The translations under genes were made by a program, and so were the position numbers. Shown one piece after another: positions 1-10,500 of a DNA stretch of 64,000 nt. The first letter of the stretch is position 1. Each line of letters begins with the position of its first letter. A model generated the notes under the pieces. The model did no database searches. It was not told the DNA's origin and was given only the letters and a program-made list of their open reading frames with translations. Source of the stretch: Balanoglossus misakiensis (lineage: Eukaryota; Animalia; Hemichordata). Where the stretch lies: positions 7,393,097-7,457,096 of the forward strand of contig CM082598.2 in assembly GCA_040954595.2 (NCBI GenBank), in the 5' to 3' direction.

Positions 1-744
1 CTTACCACAGATAATCACATTTATGCACTCTAATACAGGTGAATAAAAGGACGAATTTCTGTACACCTAGCGTCATGTTTATATGCATTTGTCAGAATGA
101 TCAGAATATTTGCTTTAGCTTCTGATTCTCATTTCTGCTTTTGGAATATTCACTTTATCCAGAGAGAGTTTACAAATGTTGGGGGAATAATTTTTATTAA
201 CAATGAAAGACTTATACCACCTTTGTCCAGTACACTTATTGTTTCATGCATAATTAAAGGGTAGAATATATCCTGTGTCAGTGATAGTTCTTTTCTCAGA
301 CTGTTGCCCTCTCTTTTGGAACTAATCATGGAACTCTGATCACACCATTAAATATTGTATTTACTGTGCCAGCTTTGTCATCAGCCAATCTTTTCATTCC
401 TGCACATGTAGCAGTACAGTCTACCACTGTCTAATAGATCACACATACACAAGCTATATATACATGCAGTGGGACATTGTCACGAATTATTTGATTTGTT
501 TTATTACTAAGTACTACTATTTACAATATAATGAGAAATTTAAGAAACTAGAAAGTAAAAGAACTCATAAAATAACCTTTACAAACTAAAATACAAACTT
601 GAATACAAATCACAAACACAATTAAAAACAATCCTAAAGTAAATAAAAATGTCATTGAAAATGAAAAGTCAAATAGAAATATTTAGTTATAAATAGAAAA
701 TAAATAATTATAACAATGAAGTGCAATATCAATCAGTGGGGACT

Positions 745-1373
745 AATAGAATCTCACACTCCCAAGGACCTGGGATCATATTTCTCACACAAGTTGGGGA
801 TTTTTTGTCCCACACGAGCCGCAGGCCCCGACGAGTGTGACAAATATGATCCCAGGTCCTTGGTGTGTGAGATTCTCTTTCTCACAAAACCACAAATTTG
901 CGATATTCACGTTTATTTACAATCAAAGGACTAAATCAATAAAATACCCACTGATAACTGCTCAACGGGTCATATATTGATCCGCCCCACAAAACATAGT
1001 CCCCGTTTCATCACGAGTTTACAGTACACACATGCCTCAAAAATGTGCTCAACACATTAAAATACGGAGATTGTTTCCAGTGGCATAAATTCGCGGGATA
1101 TCTGGAAAATACAATCGTTTTTGCGATTCTGTAATCAACCATGTACACCACTGTCTTCTGCACATGACCTGGTCACTTTGTAGTTCCGGTTCGTGTACAA
1201 CACATCACACAAACGGATAATATTTGCTCATTCTGAGGGGTACAAATATCATTATCCAATCAGAGATCATGTCAAATAACAGTTGTCTGTGTGCGCATTA
1301 ACACAGAGTGTGGGATCGATTTGATCCCACACTCTCTATCCCACACTCCCAGCAGCCAGGAGTGTGAGAATAG
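745..1373. mobile_element. Putative non-autonomous DNA element with hairpins at both ends
   Basis: Inverted repeat 748-790 / 835-876 (AGAATCTCACAC..CCAAGGACCTGGGATCATATTT.TCACAC). Perfect 13-bp-arm hairpin 1305-1335 (AGAGTGTGGGATC/GATCCCACACTCT). Imperfect hairpin 1336-1373. The two ends share TCTCACACTCC in inverted orientation. Superfamily not determined. Confidence 0.55.
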
Positions 1374-1740
1374 TACATCCCTCCTCCAGAGAACCTGTTG
1401 TTCCAGAGAAAGACCCAGAATTATCCCAGACGCAACCCTGACTGCCCAATCATCTGGGTAGTGAGGCCGCTCCCAGGAAGAGGGGTTCCATCTGACCTGG
1501 GAAGGCAAAGCTGGCGCTGCTTTGCCGATAGTGATTTTAAATAAATATCCATTAACTTGGGGGTTTTTGCTTTTACGCAACATTTTCATTTCCCAGGTCA
1601 GGGGACATCGTATGTACTGCTTGATTTTCCCCTCATCATCAAAATCGCTCTCTTCCGAGGATATATATTCAGCCGTCAGGACTAGTTTTATTTTCTCCTT
1701 GTCCTCTTCAGACCAGTCAACAGCCTTCGAGGAGGACTGA
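1374..1740 (-). pseudogene. Remnant of an uncharacterised transposon-associated ORF (EYISSEES motif)
   Basis: ORF 1272..1784 reads WSEEDKEKIKLVLTAEYISSEESDFDDEG..RCPLTWE, resembling a YxSSEES..LxW motif I recall from TE-associated uncharacterised invertebrate proteins. Its 3' part runs into the hairpin element. Confidence 0.4.
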
Positions 1741-1989
1741 AGCTTGTTTGAGTTTCTAAAAGTGAACAACACAGGATTTGTCAATTATAAATAAATGTAG
1801 AGCTATTAAGCAAAGGATATTTAACAAGATCCTAATACCATCATTGGGTTTGTAATTGGTTATTAAAAATCTGATTCTCCCCATTCATACAGAATGAAGG
1901 AAATTCTTTATGACATGATATCAAGAATTTATTTTTAAAATGTCATTCAAAATAAGCTCTGAATACTGGCAAGAAAGACATGAATATTA

Positions 1990-3200
1990 TTCTTTTTTAC
2001 TCAACGAACCCAAATTCGTGTCTACTTTGTCATTTTGCTATTGAGTCTGTGATTTTTGTCCTAGCTGTTGATAGATTTGTTTTGAGTATTCTTCATTTTG
2101 CTGACAGCTGCTGCATCAATAATTCGTTTGCTATACTCCCATTTCTGCCATTTACTACTTAGACCCACTGAGGCATTCGGTGTATTCATGTTTGCTGTTG
2201 AAACATTGGCAAAAGAGGAGAAATACTTTACGGCATTGCTAAGCTCCCTTGAAACAAATGCCAATCTTTTCATGTCGAATGGTAGAAGGGAAACTTTGAA
2301 TGACACCACATGCTGGAATATGTCATGTTTCTCTGTAACAATGGCTTGTAATTCAGAGCTAATACTCTCAGCATAATTTCTCGTGTACTCATCATCTTCT
2401 TTAAGGTTTGCCCCAAGTAGTAAAAAGTTATGATCTGGACTAGCAAGCTTGTGTGTAACATTGAGAAAGCTTATTAACCAGCTTGTGGTCTTCTTATGCT
2501 TTCCAAAGGGAGCTCCATCTGACCCCAAAGCGATTTGAAAGCAATTGAGTTTCCAAAACCAACACTGGTCACATTGCTTATTTTCCTCCATTTTCAAATA
2601 TAACTCTGCTAATTTTAGAAGCGTGGGCCTCAGGGGGCGCTTAAGACCAACAACTATGCATTCAACTACAAATGGAATTAATTCACCTATATCTAGGCTT
2701 TGAAAAAGGGACATTACTTTCTTGTATGGAGTCAGTTTGGGCATTGAGCTGAGAAGCAGGTGTTTTGTTCCTGTCAGCTTTTCTCCCTGCATTATGAAAT
2801 CTAACTCAGCTTTCCTTTAATAGTGCAGCATATTTCTGTTTCGACATAACATCATTCACATATAGACACTTTAAACTTCTAATCATATTACTTTCGTCAT
2901 TCTCCAGATCTTTGCTTGATGATTTGAGAACGGAAGGAAGAACACTTTGGGTGAATTAGACAAAAAGGGTTGTAGTTGACTTGAGTGAAGCCGTTGTAAT
3001 AGGTGCATGCCAAAGACCATCCAAAGCAGCCCTAGAAGCTTTGAATGACCTTTGACCTTGAACAGAACACACCGGTACAGAGGAATGAATTTGTTCAGCA
3101 CACTGAAGAGTCAGCCTGTGCCGCTTATATTGCTGGGTTCTACCGAGATTTAGTTGTTCACTAGTCTCAGCTTTAAGTTGGCTGTCATGTGACACCACTT
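1990..3200 (-). pseudogene. Degenerate putative DDE transposase (GxDGAPFGK family)
   Basis: ORF 2061..2792 contains FQIALGSDGAPFGK..SWLISFLN..NFLLLGAN and FDMKRLAFVSRELSNAVKYFSSF. The reading continues after a frameshift as TKITDSIAK*QSRHEF (about 2060-2010), and broken frames lie upstream (2883-3198). Stops and frameshifts are present. Confidence 0.55.
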
Positions 3201-3402
3201 TATATACACCACTGATTTCTTCTTCAAAGTATTTTCTCTGAAAATTAGAACAACAATAAAATCCTCACTGTCCGCTTTAATTTCATTTCATCTGTTTTAA
3301 CCTGCTTTAAATTATCACTATCAATATATCTACAAGCAAGGTACATGTAAAGGTAAGGTTGTATATTATGCAAGCAATATTTGTCCTTACGAATTACAAA
3401 AG

Positions 3403-3790
3403 TCACAGACCGGGAAGACCAGTCTAGAGGCAGATTACCTGTCGCGCAATTTCAAAGAGTGGCATCTTCATCCCACTGTTCTCCAGGCAGCACTTAGGCA
3501 ACTCAAACTGTCTCCTCGGGTGGATCTGTTTGCATCGAGACTCAACAATCAGTTTCCTCGGTATGTAGCATGGAAAATGGAAACCTGATCCACAAGCTTG
3601 GAGGATGCATTCACAATGCCTTGGACCGGCCTTCAGGGGTATGCATTTACACCGTTTTGCCTAATTCCACGTGTGTTATGCAAGATCTGGCAAGATCAGA
3701 CAAGACTTCTGTTATGTTAGTGGCACCATTATGGACGACACAACGCGCTCCACCACTGTTACTACCACAGTATCCACATCTACTGAGAAT
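3403..3790 (+). mobile_element. DIRS1-type tyrosine-recombinase retrotransposon pol fragment (end of RNase H plus methyltransferase-like domain), frameshifted
   Basis: Manual translation across frameshifts: GKTSLEADYLSRNFKEWHLHP..PRVDLFASRLNNQFPRYVAWK / PDPQA / DAFTMPWTGLQGYAFTPFCLIPRVLCKI / VMLVAPLWTTQ. This matches the ADxLSR..DLFAS..YAFPPF..LVAPxW signature of DIRS1 pol. A 7-bp duplication (ATGGAAA) near 3570 breaks the frame. Confidence 0.85.
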
Positions 3791-4409
3791 TATCATATGC
3801 CTATATTCACGTGCCCATGGAAAGTCTATGGGGAAAAGCGCCCTCACATCCGTGCAGTTTTTTTCTTATCACGCCCCGGCCCGGTGACCATATTTGGAAG
3901 ACTCGTTCAATATCCGGATCTAGTTTTGTGTTTATTGCGCGAGATTCGAAAGTTGTCGTTGCTACGTTCTGGATTAATTTTTTCTGGAGCAGTGTCAGTG
4001 ACTAGTGCACTTGCAGTGTGTGTATGTCCTATGCCGCTACCGAATCCTATCATCTCCCGTAATCACTGCATGTTGTAGAGCTTTATTTGGAAATATGAAT
4101 AGTAAAATTGATTATTTGATCTGATTAATGTGTGACTGTCGGCGTCGATCGTCGCGAAGAAAAAATAATGTTTTTCTCGCGCTCGGCTGTGTGAGTTCGA
4201 GCGCGTCTATATCTCACGTGCAATAGAATGTAAACAAATGACATCGTGCATATCAATCCGCAAGAACTGGAGAAATGCGCCTCTATGCTACGGGATGGAT
4301 CATTTCAAAACGATAGATAAACACGTAATATTTACATTCTAAAATATTACAGAATGTGTATTTCATTAGTTTCTTGTAGATTATCGTTCAATGAGGCATA
4401 TGATAAAAC

Positions 4410-4508
4410 CTTTACGGCCCTGATACGGGTTTTGCGGCCCTCGGTCGTACGGCGATTCGCTTCCGCCGTACGACCTCGGGCCGCAAAACCCGTATCAGGG
4501 CCGTAAAG
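4410..4508. repeat. Long GC-rich palindrome (45-bp arms, 9-nt loop)
   Basis: CTTTACGGCCCTGATACGGGTTTTGCGGCCC-TC-GGTCGTACGGCG / ATTCGCTTC / CGCCGTACGACC-TC-GGGCCGCAAAACCCGTATCAGGGCCGTAAAG. Perfect except for a symmetric TC/TC internal mismatch. Confidence 0.95.
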
Positions 4509-4829
4509 ATTAATCCAGTGACAAACGAGGATCACCCCTTAGAAAGACAGATACATCTAGCCGTATGGCAGCTTTCAGGAGTACCCTCAGAGCCAGAGGG
4601 GTTTCAGAACGAGTGTCCATAGTGGTCTTACAATCGCTACGGCGCGGTTCAGCCAAGCAGTATGAGTCAGCATGGCGTCGCTGAAGTACATACAGTGCAC
4701 AAGGAACAATTTCCCCCAACTGCGACGCAACGACAATTCAGTCAGGGTACTGCCAAACATTACCGCCTGTGCCAATCATCGGCAGAACATGCGTCGTAGA
4801 ATTACACGCGATCCTTCATCGCGACAACA

Positions 4830-4983
4830 TGTAACCCTCATAACTTCATTAATATGCAAGCACCGCCCAACAAACCTTATCAGTTTTTGCCATTTAAAAC
4901 TTGAACCAGCGTACCGAAATTTACTTAAATTCGTTTAGCCATTCTTGAGACAAAGTGTTCACAGACAGACAGACAGACAGACG

Positions 4984-5014
<31 letters not shown>

Positions 5015-5130
5015 AGACAGAAAGACTGACAGACCAACAGACAGACAATACAGACAGACAGACAGACACATGCACACACGGTCAGAAATCGGTACGACAT
5101 TAGCCGATCCGTGTCAGCACGTGAGCTAAC
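4830..5130 (+). mobile_element. HINE/DINE-1-like (Helentron-associated) non-autonomous element, terminal part
   Basis: (GACA/GACG)n microsatellite 4961-5070 followed by a short terminal stem-loop (TTAGC..CGTG TCAG CACG..GCTAA, 5100-5129). This is the usual layout of DINE-1-like elements. Confidence 0.6.
4961..5070. repeat. (GACA)n/(GACG)n microsatellite
   Basis: Directly visible tetranucleotide repeat. Confidence 0.95.
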
Positions 5131-7587
5131 AATTTGTTTGCACTTAACCATTGTGGTGAAAGGGTAAGAAGAAAGCAATCTGAAGGTTCTTAAAATTTCG
5201 AGAGACGGACCAACGTAACCTAATCGTGTTCACAGCAATAGAGTCTTCCCCAAAAGTTCTGCAAGTGCTTGCAAACGTGGCTTGATCAGTCGCAAACGTC
5301 CAAACCCAGCTGATACCTCTTATCAAAATGAAAGCGTTCCCCTCACTGATGGAAAGACATCCTGTTCTCTTGCTTTTATGTGTTCCCCAGAAAAAAAAGT
5401 CGAAAATTGACTAGCCCTAAGTGTCTCATAGAAAAGACCGTATCGACATCGTCGAATCGATGTGTTTGAACTATGAATAATTAATTAGGAATGGCGTATG
5501 CATACATTTTGATCGTTCGGCTAAACTTCGTTGTTGGTGAAATTTGAGACCTGCCCAATCGATGATAATGCTACCTGTTATGCTATTTTTAGCATGCCTT
5601 TATTAAAACGATGCTTTATTTAGATCTTTTGACAAATTTCGATAAATTTTGATGGTAACAGTGACGTAACGAGTGCTACAAATAGACAAGAATGACAAAA
5701 GAGAGATCGGCTGCTGTTCACTTCGTTACTGGCTTCGTCGCTAAGCAGCTTGTCACGTGACCACGCCGCTAAGCTGTCTCTCAGCCGGGAATTATTGAAT
5801 TGTGTCGCCGTCGCTACTAAGTACCGTAAGAACGAATGTCCCCTCATCGGAAATCAAAAGAAAATCTCAAATTGGAGGCAGTTGTATTCCTGCCTGTCGC
5901 TATTCTGCACATTCGTGGGGTGTGCGACAACTGAGGCACATAGCCGTGTGAGGGAAAGCGGTTTGCATCGACCGGTATTGACTTAAAAAGAGCAATATAT
6001 GATGGGTTGGATACGTTGTTGAAATAGTGAAAATGCACAGAAGTTCAGACCGAATTTTTTGTATCCAAGTTCAATGCCACCAGAACACAACTGCTATGTA
6101 TGCAGCTCAAATTGTACTGTGTGATATTTAGAGACACCTGAGAAAGTTTAAGGTCGGAAGGAAACTTTTCTTTACAAGCTCGCGCTCTCCAACTCATATG
6201 GCGCGTGTGACACGTGACATTTTGCGCCAATGACGCTAACAGACGAAATAATTACAGAAACCCGGAAGCGGCAATGCTCGGGCGTTTGTTTCTCTGTGCG
6301 CGAGGCGCGCTCAGAGGCGGCGAGTAAAGGTCTTTGCACAATCAATACTAGCTTCTGCAGGGGTGAAACAGCTGCCGGTGTCTAAACTCAGATGGAAAAT
6401 GCAATGTCTCCTCAGCGCCAGCAAAATCTATCGTTGAACGAGAGGGCAGCGAGCCTCTGCCAGAACGGTTGTGCAATTGCTGGCGATCGATATCGCTCCT
6501 GACGCGTTCCGTTCCCCGAGATCGAAGACGACATGTAACATTTACCGATACCACAATTCGTTTTATCGGTTATATGGCAGAGTGCGACTTTTGAAACCTT
6601 TTGGATCGTTTGAACGGTACTAATACCCGATTACATGTTGTATGACGAAGCAGAATATATTTAAGTCTAAATAGATAAAAAATGCATTGTTTTTTAATTT
6701 GCGAGAACACCTGATGAAACACTGTCGTTTTATTATTGTCAATGATTATATGCTATATATAAAAGCACACCAATACAGGAGCAGTCATCCACACAGACAA
6801 TTAATTTGCAAGTATGATTGGCATTAATATTAAGCTATCATCAATATATAGTCACATTGTTGCCAACACCCACTGTCCACATGCATGCTTCGTCAACTTT
6901 CTCTTGGTCAACTGAATGCTTTGCAATACTTTGCCAAATACGTCCCTTTTTTCTGATGGGCAATGGGGTGACTAATACCGTTGCATTACATACCGCTCAT
7001 GGTAGTAAGCGGATTTTTGGAAACCATCGGTCGATTTCTGTCACCTAAAGTGCAACCCAGGGGTGGCCAAAAAAGTTTGGGGCGATGTGTGTCATGTTTT
7101 TTTCTCTGTAGAGTCTGTTAACGGGTTTCCAAATAAGATAACTTCTCACATAGACCACACTCGAGAAACAAAAAGGTGTTCCAATTTGTGGATGTTGCGT
7201 GAAGCTGGTGAACTGACTTTATCTATTGAAAGTCTCGCATTTACCCCTTTGTTTCAATCATCTGTAGACCGTTGTCAGTACCACGTTCATATATGAGCCT
7301 ATGGCCGAACAAAGAAAAGCCTGAAGATTATGAGAAGGTAAGCTAATATTTTGTCCGTTGTTTGTCATAATAATCTCAGAGATTTACAGCAGGTGTACTG
7401 CCCCCCCCCCCTCCCAGGTCCAAATCATTCCTCGAAAACCATGGTCTCTTCTGCCCGAACACTTGTTCTGCTATCAAACTGAGTTACCTTTTCGAACTCT
7501 GCCTCCAAATGTGTCAGCTTGGGTTTGCATTGCGTGCTACCGTCGACAACAACCTCTAAGACTCTTCACACCTGTATGTTTTGTAAC

Positions 7588-10500
7588 CATTTTTGCATGC
7601 GATACATGTTTGTAGCCATTTTGTATGAGACAACAAAAGAAAAATAACATTGTTCCTTCCGGTTATCAACAGGACGATGTTTGTAACGGTTTCAATCGTT
7701 ACTACCCTCCAACTTTTCTACCCCGTTGACCATTGATTGATCAAAGACATCACTCGTTCAGTTGTCGACAGATATCAATTCAGTGTTTTAATGAAAAGGC
7801 ATAAATCAGTACACGATCAAAATCATCGTCGATTCCCAAGAACGTGTCTTATACATTATTTCTGGTTTCTACAATACATTTACATAGCCACGGTGGCGCT
7901 ATACTGACATGTTTTATGGTGCCGATGATATTTTCACGGGCCACGGGGGAACATTTTCAAATAGTATAGCAACACCACGTTATCGGCGAGAGTTACTATA
8001 TTCCCAAGGGGACACTTTTACGACAGTCGCGAACTCAATCGACATGAAAGTATTCTTCTTATTTTGTGTTATTTCGGTTTTAGATTTCTTCCATTCCGGT
8101 CGATACAAAACATTAGGTAATTTACTACCCACGAAACCGCCATCTTAATTAAGCAACTTGCATATTTTATGAGATAGAGAATGAAGATTGTATTGCCGAT
8201 GAAACCATCGGTTTCACAGTCCCAATTTCCTCAGTCTGTTCTGGACTTTAGTTATTACCATTGTCGGTATCAGTGATACTTTTTGTCTCCTGAATCTAAT
8301 ACCGGCCTATTCTCACTACATTAAATACGTTTTTGCTACCTAGGTGAGTGATAAAAAATCATGTGATCGACAGAATTTCAAGATGGCGGATTTCTTCTCT
8401 GTTTAACCAATGGAAGTTGACCTAAGTGAAACTGGTGATGGATAATACACCTCTATCAGACATACCAGCAAATTTGAGGATATGTTTCCCCTGCCCTACA
8501 CTTTGGAATTGCCAAAATGGCTGAAACTATAAATTTACTTTGAAAGGAGTCTTAGCCCTCTTCAAATTAAAAACAGACGACATACAAGAACCAAAATCCC
8601 ACATGTGGTATCACCAGATATGAATTATGTTATTCTTTTTAATAAGGAAAATGTGGCATTAGACCTGGCGCGCCGACTGGGTGTATCGCTTGGCCCGCGG
8701 CGTGTAAATTGTTTACCTATCTCCCCCTGCTGTGCCTTCTGTAATTGAAATGTGGTCGGTTTGTTACAGAGAGATGATATGTTTACCTCCCTGGCGAAAG
8801 ATAACGCTGATGTGACCGGCAATGTAGTGTTAAGTATGTACGTTCAGTAAAATTGAAACTATTGTCATTTTTATAATTGTAGATTTTTGGATTCTCCTTT
8901 GTATGTATAATGAAAATCCGTAATAAAATATAGGGGTCACCGCGCTTGTTTATGAAATACAGAGCCATGAATTTAGTCGATAATAGAAGAAAACTGCTGA
9001 CTCAGCATTTTTCACCAATGGTTTGTCTATGGGCAGAATTTTTAACGCAATTTATCTCAAAATAGAGCGAGGTGACCCCTATATTTTATTTGACAAATGA
9101 ATTTATATTTACTGGACTGAGCTTTGTGTGAAATTTCGTGAAAATGACAATAGTAGAAGTTTGTTTTCAAGCGATAATCAATGTAATCCTATGGGGAAAG
9201 GACGGGTGCGCACAGTTCCCGGTTTATGTTCCGCGCGTACATAGTAGAGTTGGTTTTCGGTTCAGGTGAATTCTGCACTGAATCGAAGAGGGCAAGGCCA
9301 ATATAAGGCAGATAGATACTCTGAAATTGCTGGAAAGTCAGAAAGGAAGACAGACAGGCAGGCAGGCGGGCAAACAAACACAAACTTCAGGGTTGTAATG
9401 TTGGAAAGAGCTTTCGTCCAATCACAATGCTCGTATCTATTGACGAATGAGAGCCATGTTTACATTATATCGTATACTGTCCTCCGTGATACCTATTATT
9501 GTCTTAGTGAAATTTTGTTCTAATTTGCGGACAAAATATAAAAAAATTAATGATTAATTGCTTTTTACCGGCACCGGATGAAGCTGCTTGGTAAACATAA
9601 CGAAAATTAAATTGTGTCGATTAATAAAACACGAGCAAACTTTATTGCGCGACACGCCCTTGGTAATTGTAAGGCCATTAATAGTGGAATTAATTCCAAT
9701 GGTAACCGCGGCAACAGAAACATGTTACCTGTCTGTACCGTAAACTGCAAAATAATTTAAAAGCATCAGTGTATTTGAAAACATTTCATGGGGTAATGAT
9801 TATCTGACCCGAATACCCCCCCCCGCCCGAGTATGAATGCACATATGACTTGTTTAGACGTAATAAGTAGTGACAGTTGTCTGTGAATGTTACAGAGTCG
9901 CGCATATTATAAGTCTTTATTCACTTTCACTCCAGGAAGACATGAATCCTGACACGTTTTGTTCGTTTTATTAACCTGAGTTCAACGCAGTGGAACACTT
10001 CCCTTTGCGTTTCGCATGAGGACAGTATTGATGCAAATATCGTGGGCTGTTCCGGCCACACTGGGTAGGCCTAACTAAACATCTCAATTACTTTTAATTT
10101 CATAGGTTGATGAGTAAATCCGCCTATGCTCATTGAGCTTATGGTTATCGAGTAGGTAATTACCCCGAAACACGCAGGAGTAAAACTCTAGGGCTTTGAC
10201 AAGTTTTAACACATTAGCCAACGCCCGCCAGCGCTTAACCATGAGTTTGCAAGCGTTGGTTCTGCTGGCCCAAGTTTCCACCTTTGCGCTGGGTTCTATC
10301 GCAGCGTCGCCCGACAGCGGGGACCAGTGCGACCCGGAGGCGCAGGCGTGCCTTGTCCAGAGCGAAATCCCTACCCCGCACATGTCGTTCTCGTGCCCGA
10401 ATCCGACGATGCACAGGGACACCCTCTACGTGTTTCTGTGCGCCAACACGTGCTACCGGCGGGGCGAGAAGTGCAAGTCGTTCAACTATCAATCCTTTCA

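Noticed and set aside
3570-4078. ORFs 3570..3887 and 3671..4078 as genes
   Set aside because: Mostly out-of-frame readings of the DIRS remnant running into non-coding DNA.
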